NCBI RefSeq assembly: GCF_963921235.1
Contig: NC_086108.1
Location: forward strand, 17,546,001-17,610,000
From: Mobula hypostoma
Lineage: Eukaryota
DNA: 64,000 nt
Reading direction: 5' to 3'
Shown one piece after another: positions 50,053-63,420 of the stretch. Made by a program: the position numbers and the translations under genes. The notes beneath the pieces were generated by a model. The model saw nothing but the letters and a program-made list of their open reading frames with translations, ran no database searches and had not been told where the DNA came from. Every line of letters begins with the position of its first letter. Position 1 is the stretch's first letter.

Positions 50053-50440
50053 TTACTCTCCCTTCACAGCTGTTTCTGTAATACACTCCCACTGATTGTT
50101 TCTGTTCACTTTTGACTGGAGAACGGACAGCTAGATTCTATCATAGCCTGGGGACTGCCTGTATCTAGAAAGGATAGCTTCAAAGTTCAAAGTAATTTTT
50201 TAAACATCATTTACATCACCATATATAATCCTGAGATTCATTTTCTTGCAGGCATTCACAGCAGAACAAAGAAGTATAATAGAATCAATGAAAAACTACA
50301 CACAAAGACTGACAAAGAACCAATGTACAAAAGAAGATAAACTATGCAAATACAAAAAAATTTAACAATGATAAATAAATAAAATAATACTGAGAACATG
50401 AGTTATAGAGTTCTTGGAAGTGCATCTATAGTTTCTCTTA

Positions 50441-50796
50441 TGAGGGAAGCTGTATAACTCATCTCCTTCTACCTTAGGCCATGAACCTATCAATCACCAC
50501 TGCTGTGGACCACCTGGAGGTCCAAGGCGCTCTCGTTACATGCATGTGCAGTTCAACTCTTTGAGTGATCATGCAGAAAGCCTGAAGTTAATAATTCACC
50601 TCCTTTTACCTTAGACCACAAACTTATCAATCACCCCTGCTGTGGATCACTTCTACAAAGAAGGGATCCGTATGCTCCACGACCGCTGGACCAAGTGTGT
50701 ACATGTAGGAAGGGACTATGTTGAAAAATAAATGTGCTAGGTTTTCTAAAATTGACGCCTTCTGCCTTAGGCCACAAACTTATCAATCACCCCTCG
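50441..50796 (+). mobile_element. Mariner-derived non-autonomous element with triplicated right TIR
   Basis: TA flanks; FYKEGIRMLHDRWTKCVHVGRDYVEK* (50651-50731) is a mariner transposase C-terminus; CCTTCTACCTTAGGCCAC/TAAACTTATCAATCACC occurs three times. Confidence 0.82.
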
Positions 50797-50798
50797 TA

Positions 50799-51455
50799 TG
50801 CTGCTTAACTGGGACAGGAGACTGTTGCCGAACAGTTTCTAATTAGCTTTAGTTGCATGCACATGTTGAGATACTACACTGCTTTTTGAACACACAAGTG
50901 ATACTATTTCAAAACTGTTCACTCTAAGCATAGTGATTTTCATCACTAATAGTTGGCAAGTAACGAGCAGTAAGACAATTCAGAACTGTTTTGCTCACTG
51001 TAGTTTCAAGTATTCAGGCTTGGAGATGCCAGATATGGCTGTGAGTGAAAATTTCACTACTTCAGCAAGTTAGGACCTATGAAGAATTTTAAGGTATTGA
51101 CAATTATGTCGAACATTATAAAGAAAATGAAGATTTGGAAGATGCAATCGTCAAGAGCATTGTTTGAAGGCAGTGATTTTCTACACTAGTTGTCTGCGAT
51201 GATTTTATTCACTTACAATCAAAAGAACACAGCAGTGTACACTGGATTAATTCCTCCATCAGTAATTATTTGGAACTAATACACAGTTTTATAGTACTGT
51301 AGTAGTTTTGATTTAAATACTGATGTACAATGAAAATTCTTTTTCTATACAAGATTTTAAACTATTTCCATGAAACCTCGGCTATTTGGGGCTGTCGCTT
51401 AATTGAGCCAAAATTTTCTGGTCCCATTGTGTCACAATTAACTAGAACCCACTGT
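50799..51455. mobile_element. Possible pogo/Tigger-type DNA transposon remnant
   Basis: Ends ...AATTAACTAGAACCCACTG-TA, a Tigger-like terminus; left end not identified. Confidence 0.35.
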
Positions 51456-53341
51456 ACGATCAATCTCTTCATTAAATACATCCAATGACTTGGCCTCCAC
51501 ATCCATCTTTGGCAACGAATTCCATAGGTTCACCACCCTCTGACTGAAGCAATTCGCCAATTGTTTGAAAGAATCACCTTTTCATTCTGAGGCTGTCTTT
51601 CGGATCCAAGACTCTGCTACAAATGCAAACAACCTTTCCAAAGCCACTCTATCCAGGCCTTTCAGTATTACTATTACTACTATTTTAGTAGGTCTCCACA
51701 AGATCCTCTCTCATCCTTCAGAATGAGGGGGGATCTTATTGTACAGACCAGAGCGATCAAACAGTCTTCAAACAAAACAAAGAATCTGAGTAACATTTTT
51801 ATAGTCAAGGTAGGTAATCAAAGGGGGTGAAAAGGATAATTAAGTCAAAGTTACAATTAGACTCACCGTGATCTTACTGAATGGGTGAGTGAATTTGAGG
51901 GGCTAAGTAACCTATTTGTGCCCCTAATTCATATTTCAAAATTCAAAGTACATATACATCACCATAAACAACCCTGAGACTTGTTTTCTTGCAGGCATGG
52001 TCAGAAAATTCAAGAAACACAATACAGTAGAATCATCCAACAGGATGGACAAACAACTAATGTGCAAAAGACAAAAATGTAAATATAAAAGAAAAAAAAA
52101 AATCACAATAAATAAATAAATAAATATTGAGAACACGAGGTGAAGAGTCCTTGAAAGTGAGTCTATAAGTTTGGGAACAGTTTGGTAATGGGGCGAGTGA
52201 ACTTATCCCCACTGGTTCAAAGCCTGATGGTTCAGGGGCCATAATGGCTCCTGAGTCTGGTGGTGTGGGTTCTGAGGCCTCTGTACATTCTTTCTGATGG
52301 CAGCAATGAGAAGAGACCATGGAGAGTCCTTGGTGATGGATGGTGCTTTCCTGCGACAGCACTCCATGTAATGTGATCAATGGTGATGGATTGGGTCGTA
52401 TCTACTACTTTTTGTAGGATTTTTCAGCCAAGGACACTGGAATTTCCATACCAGGCCGTGCACATCTGCACATGACATTACATTGTCCCTGTCCAGCCAG
52501 CTCCTCACAAGCATTTCTTCAAGATTCAGCAATGATGGACAGTTAACACACCAGGTTCAAAAGCCCCTTCTGCATGGTAAGATCCCAAACCAAGTTATTT
52601 AAATGCAACAACAGTTTGAATTTTGGATTGCAATGGCATCATTATTGAAAAGCATAACTGACGCCTGTGTGCTAAGCACTGAACATTGCCAATGAATGAC
52701 TTAATTAACTCAGAAGTCACTGTCCTGGAAACATTTATAGTACAGTAACTAGTTAGTGTCAACTGGCATGACTGACAATAAACACAACACTTTCTAATCC
52801 ACATCAACCACTGCTGCACAGTGACCATGTTTGTACTCAAATAGGTCACATCATGCTAGGTTATGTTCTTTGAAACTACAACTTCTAAAGTACTTTAACC
52901 ACCAAATAAAGACTGGTTACAGTTGATTTTTCATCTCCAAATCAGAAAGTTGAAGTTTCCTGCTCTTGGGTCTCAAGCACAAAATTCTCAGGCAAAGGGA
53001 GAAATACAATAGTGCTGTACAATCAGAAGTGCAGTGTTTCAGATGAAAGAACAGGGTCCACTCTTCCCAAGAGCAGAAAAATCACACATCACAATTTGAC
53101 AACCATCATCAGTATCTTGGCAATTAACTCATCATTCAGTCAACACGACTGCAAGCAGATTGTCTGGTTATAATCTCATTGTTTGGGGGCTAGTTGTGTA
53201 CAAATTAGCTGCCGCTTTTTCTACATTCCAGCTGCAACTACATTTCAAAAGTATTCCAATGAATGAACTGTGCTTTGTTCAGATGTGGAAAGCATGAGAA
53301 AAATTGTTCCCCTTCAAAACAAAATTAAACTCTTTGGGAGC

Positions 53342-55253
53342 ACATAGAAACATAGAAAATAGGTGCAGGAGTAGGCCATTCGGCCCTTCGAGCCTGCACT
53401 GCCATTTATTATGATCATGGCTGATCATCCAACTCAGAACCCTGCACCAGCCTTCCCTCCATACCCCCTGATCCCCGTAGCCACAAGGGCCATACCTAAC
53501 TCCCTCTTAAATATAGCCAATGAACTGGTCTCAACTGTTTCCTGTGGCAGAGAATTCCACAGATTCACCACTCTCTGTGTGAAGAAATTTTTCCTAATCT
53601 CGGTCCTAAAAGGCTTCCCCTTTATCCTCAATCTGTGACCCCTCGTTCTGGACTTCCCCAACATCGGGAACAATCTTCCTGCATCTAGCCTGTCCAATCC
53701 CTTTAGGATTTTATACGTTTCAATCAGATCTCCCCTCAATCTTCTAAATTCCAATGAGTACAAGCCCAGTTCATCCAGACTTTTTTCATATGAAAGTCCT
53801 GCCATCCCAGGAATCAATCTGGTGAATCTTCTTTGTACTCCCTCTATGGCAAGGATGTCTTTCCTCAGATTAGGGGACCAAAACTGCACACAATACTCCA
53901 GGTGTGGTCTCACCAAGGCCTTGTACAACTGCAGTAGTACCTCCCTGCTCCTGTACTCGAATCCTCTCGCTATAAATGCCAGCATACCATTCGCCTTTTT
54001 CACCGCCTGCTGTACCTGCATGCCCACTTTCAATGACTGGTGTATAATGACACCCAGGTCTTGTTGCACCTCCCCTTTTCCTAATTGGCCACCATTCAGA
54101 TAATAATCTGTTTTCCTATTTTTGCCACCAAAGTGGATAACTTCACATTTATCCACATTAAATTGCATCTGCCATGAATTTGCCCACTCACCCAACCTAT
54201 CCAAGTCACCCTGCATCCTCTTAGCATCCTCCTCATAGCTAACACTGCCGCCCAGCTTCGTGTCATCCGCAAACTTGGAGATGCTGCATTTAATTCCCTC
54301 ATCCAAGTCATTAATATATATTGTAAACAACTGGGGTCCCAGCACTGAGCCTTGCGGTACCCCACTAGTCACTGCCTGCCATTCTGAAAAGGTCCCATTT
54401 ATTCCCACTCTTTGCTTCCTGTCTGCTAACCAATTCTCTATCCACATCATACCTTACCCCCAATACCGTGTGCTTTAAGTTTGCACACTAATCTCCTGTG
54501 TGGGACCTTGTCAAAAGCCTTTTGAAAATCCAAATATACCACATCCACTGGTTCTCCCCTATCCACTCTACTAGTTACATCCTCAAAAAATTCTATGAGA
54601 TTCGTCAGACATGATTTTCCTTTCACAAATCCATGCTGACTTTGTCCGATGATTTCACCGCTTTCCAAATGTGCTGTTATCGCATCTTTGATAACTGACT
54701 CCAGCAGTTTCCCCACCACCGACGTTAGGCTAACTGGTCTATAATTCCCCGGTTTCTCTCTCCCTCCTTTTTTAAAAAGTGGGGTTACATTAGCCACCCT
54801 CCAATCCTCAGGAACTAGTCCAGAATCTAACGAGTTTTGAAAAATTATCACTAATGCATCCACTATTTCTTGGGCTACTTCCTTAAGCACTCTGGGATGC
54901 AGACCATCTGGCCCTGGGGATTTATCTGCCTTTAATCCCTTCAATTTACCCAACACCACTTCCCTACTAACATGTATTTCGCTCAGTTCCTCCATCTCAC
55001 TGGACCCTCTGTCCCCTACTATTTCTGGAAGATTATTTATGTCCTCCTTAGTGAAGACAGAACCAAAGTAATTATTCAATTGGTCTGCCATGTCCTTGCT
55101 CCCCATAATCAATTCACCTGTTTCTGTCTGTAGGGGACCTACATTTGTCTTTACCAGTCTTTTCCTTTTTACATATCTATAAAAGCTTTTACAGTCAGTT
55201 ATTATGTTCCCTGCCAGTTTTCTCTCATAATCTTTTTTCCCCTTCCTAATTAA
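53342..55253 (-). mobile_element. Young CR1 LINE, 1.9 kb, single frameshift
   Basis: ORFs 54447-55271 and 53434-54450 are split by a 1-nt deletion relative to the 20.6 kb copy; ACAT at both junctions; (TTTCTATG)n tail. Confidence 0.95.
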
Positions 55254-56227
55254 ACATTCAACATTCCACATTCAACATTTTAGCAGTGATCTAATAGCTT
55301 TTCTCAGTAGTAATGAGAGCTGCACATCCACTGTGGTACAGCTGAGCACAGAGAAACAAGTCATTGCAGAAAGACGTGCTTCCACACAATGCAACTAGAA
55401 ACAGAGATGATTAATTGTGAGGCTATGACTGAACTCAAACTACCATCATCCCAATCAGATGGTCAAGCTGCTCTCAATTCATGCCATATATCTGGGGCAA
55501 ACAGAATGGGCAAGCAAGGGTTAATAAAACAAAGTACATGGTCATTCCTTAGGATAGTAGTGCATATACAATATCCCTTCACGTTCCAGCGATGAAAGAC
55601 CCCCTCTTGGTCTTCTTATGGTCCTCTTCCCTTGTGGCATTAGATACTTATTTTCTCATGCGGTATTTAATTCAGTTAATTGTGACAAATCAAGGCAGAA
55701 CTTTTCACAGTGAACACCACGGCCCTGGGCAGTGTTGTACAACAGAGAGACTTAGAAGTACAAGTATATAATTCACTCAAAGTAGCATCAGATGTGGACA
55801 GAATTGTAAAGGTGTCTGGCACACTGGCCATCATTATATGAGTACAGGAGTTGAGACAGGATGCTGCAGTTGGTGAGGCTGCATTTGGAACGTGCCCAGT
55901 TTTGATCACCCTGCTATAGGAAAGAAACCATTAAGCTGGAAAGATTTCAGAAAAGATTGATTGGGATATTGCTGGGATTTGATGGACTGAGTTATAGGGA
56001 GAGGTTGAGAAGGCTCGGACTTTATTCATTGGAGTAGGTGGATGAGATGTGGTCTGATAGAGTTGAATAACATCATAAGGGGCATAGAAAGGGTGAATGC
56101 ACACTGAAAGGGGAATCAAGAACTAAAGGGTATAGGTTTAAAGTGAGAGGAGAAGAGATTTGATAGCGCCTGAGGGGCCAGATGATAGTACATACAGTAT
56201 ATGGAACGACTGGTATATGAAATATGG

Positions 56228-57250
56228 ACAGGCAGACCACAGTACATGTGCTTGCAACACTGTGTGTCCGACAGAGTGATCAGCAGCACTGGGGCTCCAC
56301 AGGGGACTGTCTTGTTTCCCTTTCTCTTCACCATTTACACCTCGGACTTCAACTACTGAACAGAGTCTTGTCATCTTCAGAAGTTTTCTGATGACTCTGC
56401 CATAGTTGGATGCATCAGCAAGGGAGATGAGGCTGAGTACAGGGCTACGGTAGGAAACTTTGTAACACGGAGTGAGCAGAATTATCTGCAGCTTAATGTG
56501 AAAAAGACTAAGGAGCTGGTGGTGGACCTGAGGAGGGCTAAGGCACCGGTGACCCCTGTTTCCATCCAGGGGGTCAGTGTGGACATGGTGGAGGATTACA
56601 AATACCTGGGGATACGAATTGATAATAAACTGGACTGGTCAAAGAACACTGAGGCTGTCTACAAGAAGGGTCAGAGCTGTCCGTATTTCCTGAGGAGACT
56701 GAGGTCCTTTAACATCTGCCGGATGATGCTGAGGATGTTCTATGAGTCTGTGGTGGCCAGTGCTATCATGTTTGCTGTTGTGTGCTGGGGCAGCAGGCTG
56801 AGGGTAGCAGACACCAACAGAATCAATAAACTCATTCGTAAGGCCAGTGATGTTGTGGGGATGGAACTGGACTCTCTGACGGTGGTGTCTGAAAAGAGGA
56901 TGCTGTCTAAGTTTCATGCTATCTTGGACAATGTCTCCCATCCACTACATAATGTACTGGTTGGGCACAGGAGTACATTCAGCCAGAGACTCATTCCACC
57001 AAGATTCAACACTGACCGTCATAGGAAGTCATTCCTGCCTGTGGCCATCAAACTTTACAACTCCTCCCTTGGAGGGTCAGACACCCTGAGCCAATAGGCT
57101 GGTCCTGGACTTATTTCCTGGCATAATTTACATATTACTATTTAATTATTTATGGTTTTATATTGCTATATTAATACTGTATTCTTGGTTGGGGTAACTG
57201 TAACGAAATTCAGTTTCCCTCGGGATCAATAAAGTATGACTATGACTATG
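56228..57250 (+). mobile_element. Rex1/Babar LINE 3' ~1 kb
   Basis: GAPQGTV, QKFSDD, KTKELVVDLRR...YKYLG...KSFLPVAIKLYN; (TATGAC)n tail. Confidence 0.93.
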
Positions 57251-57336
57251 AGTTGCCAGATGAAGTGGTTGAGGCAGGTACATTAACAACATTTAAAAGG
57301 TATTTGAACAGGTACATGAATTGGAAAACTTTAGAA

Positions 57337-57418
57337 CAGGGGTTCCCAACTTTTTTTTTATGCCATGTAGCCTTACCATTAACTGAGGGGTCTGTGGACC
57401 CAAGGTTGGGAACCCTTG
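57337..57418. mobile_element. hAT MITE (same family as 830-909)
   Basis: CAGGGGTTCCCAAC...GTTGGGAACCCTTG; imperfect 8-bp flanks CTTTAGAA/TTTTAGAG. Confidence 0.85.
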
Positions 57419-57544
57419 TTTTAGAGGGTAGGGGCTAATCATGGGCAAATGGGACCAGCTTAGATGGGCATTTTGATCGGCATGGACTAATTGAGCCAAA
57501 GGGCATGTTTTTGCACTGTGTGACTTCTTGACTCTGTATAGAGG

Positions 57545-57843
57545 GACATGGCACAACAATGCAACTTGTAGAACAGCTGCCTCCCACCTTGAGAACTGGG
57601 TTCGATCCTGAACTTGGGTGCTGAGTGTGAAGAGTTTGCACATTCTCACTGTGCCTGTGTGGGTTTCCTCCTACATCCTAAATCAACTTGTGCAGTTAGG
57701 TTAGTCACTACTTCTACTACGTCAACTCAAGCCTAGGAGGCCGGCGTTGGACACAAAAAAGGGCATAGGTTAATCAGGCATTATAAACTGGCCTAGTATG
57801 GATGAGTGGTGGAATTGTGGGAGGAAGTGTGGGGAGAATAAAA
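57545..57843 (+). mobile_element. V-SINE remnant
   Basis: B box GGTTCGATCC at ~57599-57608 and V domain GAGTTTGCACATTCTC...GTGGGTTTCC. Confidence 0.65.
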
Positions 57844-58948
57844 ACAGTGTTCCTCTTTCCAACTCATCTCAGCACATCCAAGCTCTTATCTTCTCACCAG
57901 TGCTGTCCAGCGTCTTTGCTGTCAGTCTCCAACTTTGGATTTGGATATTGGTGCAAGTCTGCAGCTGAAGGTGGCTGGCAGAGAGCTAGTGTGGTTCTTG
58001 ACTGGGGCTCTGACTGAGTTTCCTCTCATTGTCAGAGCAGTGGGAGCCCCTCCTCCACTCAGCTGACCTTTCCCACAATGACAGGTTAAGAACTCTCCCA
58101 TCATAGAAGGGCCTAAATACGATGCCGTACATGATGTAGCTGTCAGCATTTTATGTGCGCAGTAACCTCTGAAGTTTGACATCTACTCTAACCTATTGGG
58201 TGACTGTCTATGTACCAGCCCCTTGGGGAAGGTCAGGTCTTAAGTTTGTGAATACAAACACAAGTTGGAAATGTTGCTGGTAATATTTCCATGCACAGCA
58301 ACCACACCAGTATCAATACCAATGCTGCTGTCCTTTGCTACTGTGTCAGACTGCTTAAGGCAGAAAGAGATTGCTTTGGTCTTCTACCTTCAACTAATCT
58401 TGCAACCTACCACAGTACTTCATACTCGGCTCTGCCTTAGTGGAAGCACAGCCACTGTGGTGATCCAGGAAACTAGTGTGCAGGTGGCAGGTTCCAGGAT
58501 CAGCGACGTGCTAACACCTAGGTAATTTGCCTCAATGAAGGCAGGCAGGCCTGCAGGATGAGAAATGATCACAAACACCAAAAGGAGACCAACAGTAACC
58601 CCTTCTCTTTTGCTCACATTAGATCTGTACTTTAATGAATCATCTGCTGATGGGAACCACTTCTCTCTACTGACTCCAAGCCACACATGATCTTGTACAC
58701 ACTGACCAAATCTGACGTCAGTCTTCACTGTTCTAAAAAGGGCAACCTCAGCTTCTCCTGTTGAATTGTGCAGCTAAAATCTGCCATCCAGTGAGTCTTT
58801 CCTGCTCTCTCCAAGAGATCAGGAGATCCTTTCTAAAGTATGATGCCTTCATCAGTCGGGGCATTGAATTATAGAAGCTGGTGTGGCTATATTTGGAATA
58901 TTGCATTCAGTATCGGTCACCCCACAAAAGAACATATTTGGTTGCCAT

Positions 58949-59294
58949 GGTGGAGATATGTCTCTACCAAAGGAGGTGTAAGCCTGCAGGTCACCCTTGA
59001 GTAAGGTGTAGCACCTGCTTAGTGACTCCACCCCCTCGCCCCAATCAGGGTCACATAAAGCCGTCGATAGTCATATGAGTAGCTAGTGCATATCTCAAGT
59101 CCTAGTTATGCAACCACTGATGCGAGACAGACAATCTCTGTAGAGTATTGATAATGGCTGGGGTCGCCCATCTTGTAAGGATACTGCCTAGAAGGCGGCA
59201 ATGGCAAACCACTTCTATACAAGGCAAGTACAATCATGGTCATGGAAAGACCATGATCGCTCACATCATATGACATGGCACACAATGAACAAAC
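58949..59294 (+). mobile_element. RTE-associated SINE-like element (same family as 27572-27963), internally deleted, within an old CR1
   Basis: TCTCTACCAAAGGAGGTGTAAG...GGCAATGGCAAACCACTTCT...CATGGTCATGGAAAGACCATG. Confidence 0.75.
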
Positions 59295-60747
59295 TATAGG
59301 AATGATACCAGTAAACTGGAAAGAGTGCAGAAGAGGTTTACAAGGATGTTGCAAGGACTTGAGGGACAGAGGCATGGAAAGAGGCTGATTGAACAAGTGG
59401 GGACTTCGTTCACTGGGGCCTAGGAGAATGAGGGTTGATCTTACTGAGGTATAAAATCACAAGTAGCATATACAAGGTCTTTTTACTAGATTTGAGGAAT
59501 CAACAATCAGAGGGCAGAGGCTTAAGATGAGAGAGCAGAGATTTAATAGGAACCCAAGGAGCAACTTTTTCCATTCAGAGATGGTAAGTACATAGAATGA
59601 GCTGCCAGAGGAGGTGGTTGAGGCAGATACATTAAAAGACACTTATACAGTTACTTGGATAGGAAAGATTTAGAGAGAAGCAAGTTAAAAACTGGACAAA
59701 TCAGGCTGGCTTGGATGGCACAGGGCCCATTTACAAGCTGTACGACAAGAACTGCATGCAATAATCTGGGTATGGTTAACGTAATGTCTTTACTTTTATA
59801 TTCTTTTCTTTGCCTCTACTCATGAAGTATGGCATCTCAGTTGCAAATTGACTGTTCTCTTAACGTCAGGCTGCCATTTAAAAAATGGGCAAAGATGTGC
59901 ACACTGGTCCACATCATTCCTGCACAAGCTTCACAACTCTACCATCTGGTCCATGTTGTCTCCCTTGATAACTCCACTTGCCCCATCATTGAAATGTTCC
60001 CACAACCAATGGACTCCCTTTCAAGTACTCTTTCCTCTCATGTTCTCGATATTTATTGCTTATTTATTATTATTTCTTTCTTTTTGCATTGCACAGTTCG
60101 TTATCTTCTGCACTCTGGTTGAATGCCAAGTTGGACGATCTTTCATTGATTCTGTTATGGTTATTATTCTATAGATTTATTGAGTATGCCCACAAGAACG
60201 TGGATCTCAGAGTTATATATGTACCTTAAACTTTGTTTTGCCAAAGCCTTGCAACTTATGTTTCTTAGTATTAAGTTTCTCCTCATCAAAGTCTGTTCCA
60301 GTCCTCCTCACAATCAGCTCTCCTACCACAACTTGTAAGCTGTGCCGGCAGATATAGAAGTAAATGCTTCAAACTTTTGGGACCTGGTCGATTATATTTT
60401 AGTGTTATGTAGCCACTAACACTCAATTTTATTCAATTAAAGGTCCTGAGAGCACTAATTAACTGGAGGGATAATTGGACTCTAGTTGGTCAGAGGATTC
60501 CATAATATTTACGTCCTGTGGCTTTAGAGGCAGACTGAATTATGCACAGCTATTATTTGGCAGTGCAACATCATGTAACAGTGTTCTGCCTGTGAAGCAG
60601 TATTGTCCTTTTATCACAATCTTGTAGCAACAGGAAGTCAGCTATGTATTTACAGCAAGGAAGGCCAAGTGGTTCGACAGACAGCTTCAGAGCTTCACCT
60701 GATATTCCACAGCCCTAGAGATGCCATACCAACACATACACTGGAGG

Positions 60748-61335
60748 GTTCCAGTCACCATCCATTTTAATTTGGCATTCCATTCACACATCTGCCCATG
60801 GCCTCCTGGACTGTCACAATAAAGCCACACTCAGGCTGAAGGAACATCTTATATTCTGTCTGGGTAACTTCCAACCTGATTGCATGAATAGCAATTTCTC
60901 TAACTTCTGGTAATTTCTCCCCTGTCTCTTCTCTCTTTTTTCTATTCCCCATCTGGTTCCCCTCTCACCTTTCTCTTCTCCTCACCTGCTCATCACCTCT
61001 CTTGGTACCCTTCTTCCTTCCCTTTTTTCTATGGTCCACAGTCCTCTCCTGTAAGATTCCTTCTTCTTCAGCCCCTTACCTCTTTGACCTATCAACTCCC
61101 AGGTTCTTACTTCAACCCCCCTCCCCACTCAGCTTCCCCCTCACCTGCCAGCTGTACTCCTTAACCTACCCCCCCCCCCGACTTCTTATTCTGTCCCCTT
61201 CATCTCCGGTCCTGATGAAAAGGCTCAGCATGACACATCGATTGTTTATTCTCTTTCATAAATGCTGCCTGACTTGCTGAGTTCCTTCAGTACTATGTAC
61301 TCAAGATTACCCGAATCTGTAGATTCTTTTATATT
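60748..61335 (+). mobile_element. Penelope-like element: GIY-YIG C-terminal remnant + pLTR
   Basis: PVxxHFN...GLLDC...LRLKEHLIFCLGNFQPDCMN..FSNF*, then a pyrimidine tract and GGTC-CTGATGA-AAAGGCTCAGCA-TGACA degenerate hammerhead near 61208-61245. Confidence 0.75.
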
Positions 61336-62949
61336 TAATATATAACCATATTTGGGACAGAGAAGCCCTGTAGACGGTCAATATTAGGACTTCATGCAAG
61401 TCATCCAGACTTGAATAAAGAGGAGATAATTTTGACATGTATAGCCAATGCAAAATCTGACAATGTAGTGAGGATCATTGTAACCAGAAGTTAGGACATG
61501 AATAGGAGAAATGTGTAATCTAATGCACATGTGAATTAAATAATGCAAAGTGTGAGATACAAAAGGGAGAAGCTGGATCATTAAATGGCTTACTCCAAAG
61601 GGATAATGACATCTATGTTGTCTCGGAAAAACAGACAACATAATCAAGGACTCCTCCCACCCTGACATTCTGTCTTCTCCTTCTCACAATGGGCAGAAGG
61701 TACAAAAGCTTGAGAGTACACACCACCAGACTAAAGGACAGCTTCTATCCCACCCACTGTTACACGACTCTTGAAAGGACCTTTCATATGCTGAGGATGA
61801 ACACTTATCCCCCAATACATCTCATTGTGGCCTTTGCACTTTGGTTGTTTACTAGCAACTGCACTTTCTCTACAATTGCAGGCATTATATTCTGCATTCT
61901 GCTTTCCTTTAGTACTACCTTGATGCACTTATATATGGAATGATCTGTTTGAAGGATCTGTAAAGCAGAAGTTCTTTACCATACATGTGACAATATACTA
62001 ACATCAAAAGAAACGTGTGCCCAAAGAATTGATAAAAGGACATGCTACTCAGAAGAAGTGGTACATACAGCAAGTGAAGCATGTGCTGAAGCTTTAGACA
62101 GAAGATTTACCTTGGTGACTGCTGCATGTTAATGCTAGAATCAGAATCAGGTGTAATATCACTGGCATTCTGCATGTCATGAAATTTGCTGTTTTGTGGC
62201 AGCAGTACATTGCAATACATAATAAAAAAACTAAATTACAATAAAAATACATCTCTAAAAATTAAATAAGTAGTTCAAAAAGAAAGAAAAAAAGAAAAAT
62301 ATATTGAGGCACTGTACAGTGTTCATTTAGAAATCTGATGGTGCACTATGCAGTAAGGTTCCTCCAATCCTACTCCAGGATTTCCAAAATTCTGGCAGCA
62401 GCCTATCGTCCTGCATTGGGATACAGGACAATATCCAATTGTGTGTATGTTGAGTGAAGACACACTGCCCAGAAGGAACTATGGATAGACCACCTGGTTG
62501 AGGTGATCTCAAATCCCCTTTTGTGGGAGGGGCAGATCACCTCAATTCTTCTCACCTGCCGTTTAGTGGAGGCGATGGGGAGATACTGAAGGGAGCCTCG
62601 GAGACGGGGTATTGGAAAAAGAGGTGCCATACAACACTGTCACTGCAAGTTCAAAAACCTCCCCAAGCTGGAGGATGAAATGATCCAGGGCTCTGAACCC
62701 AATGGCACACAGCTAGGAGCTGAGATTCACACTCCTCTGTCCCGTGATAACCCTCCTCATCCCTCACCCCAGGGTAGTGCTTCCCCCACACTCCTCCATT
62801 CCATGACTTCCTCCTCCCCCACCCACAAACAACATCTGTATCCCCCTGTCCAGGGAAACAGCCAGAACAACAATGAGGGAAGGGTTGACAAGTCTTTCCT
62901 TTAATAAATCAATCAAAGCAATATTTAATCTTAAAAACATTTTAACTTC

Positions 62950-63420
62950 AAAGGAGGGGGTAGAGGGGAAAAGAACATAAACAAGGGGATGGGTGAAGGA
63001 AACTGTGGGGGGGGGGGTTGAAGGGAACCAGGAGAGAGGAGGGGGTGTGAAGGGTACCAGGGGTAAGGAAAAGAGGGGAGGGGGAAGGGAAAGATGAGAG
63101 GGAGAAAGAAGAGGGGAGGGGGAAGGGGAAGAGGGGAAGGGGAAGAGGGGAAGGGGAAGAGGGGAAGGGGAAGAGGGGAAGGGGAAGAGGGGAAGGGGAA
63201 GAGGGGAAGGGAATGGGGGAATGGGGAAGGGAAAGAGGGAATGGGGAAGGGAAAGAGGGAAGGGGAATAGAGCAAGAAGAAGGAAAGGGAAAGAAAAAGA
63301 GATATAGAGAAACGGGGAAGGAAGGAGAGGGGGAAGGAAGATAAAGAGAAAGGAGGGTAAAGGTAGACTGAAAAAGAAAGGGGTAAAGGGAAAGAGAGAG
63401 AGATGGAAGGCAGCGGGGGA
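62950..63420 (+). repeat. Polypurine tract with a (GGGGAAGAGGGGAA)n core (~63119-63210)
   Basis: Almost pure A/G on the plus strand; about six copies of a 14-bp unit. Confidence 0.9.

Larger units (their letters stand above)
55660..57540 (+). mobile_element. Old CR1 3' fragment hosting Rex1 and hAT MITE insertions
   Basis: Decayed CR1 codons at 55660-56210 resume at 57251 (LPDEVVEAGTLTTFKRYL). Confidence 0.75.

Noticed and set aside
50460..50800. CRISPR-like regularly spaced ~36-bp repeats
   Set aside because: Eukaryotic intron, spacers >100 bp, and the repeats are mariner TIR copies.
62931..63275. Pro/Phe/Ser-rich 114-aa ORF
   Set aside because: Translation of the low-complexity polypurine repeat.
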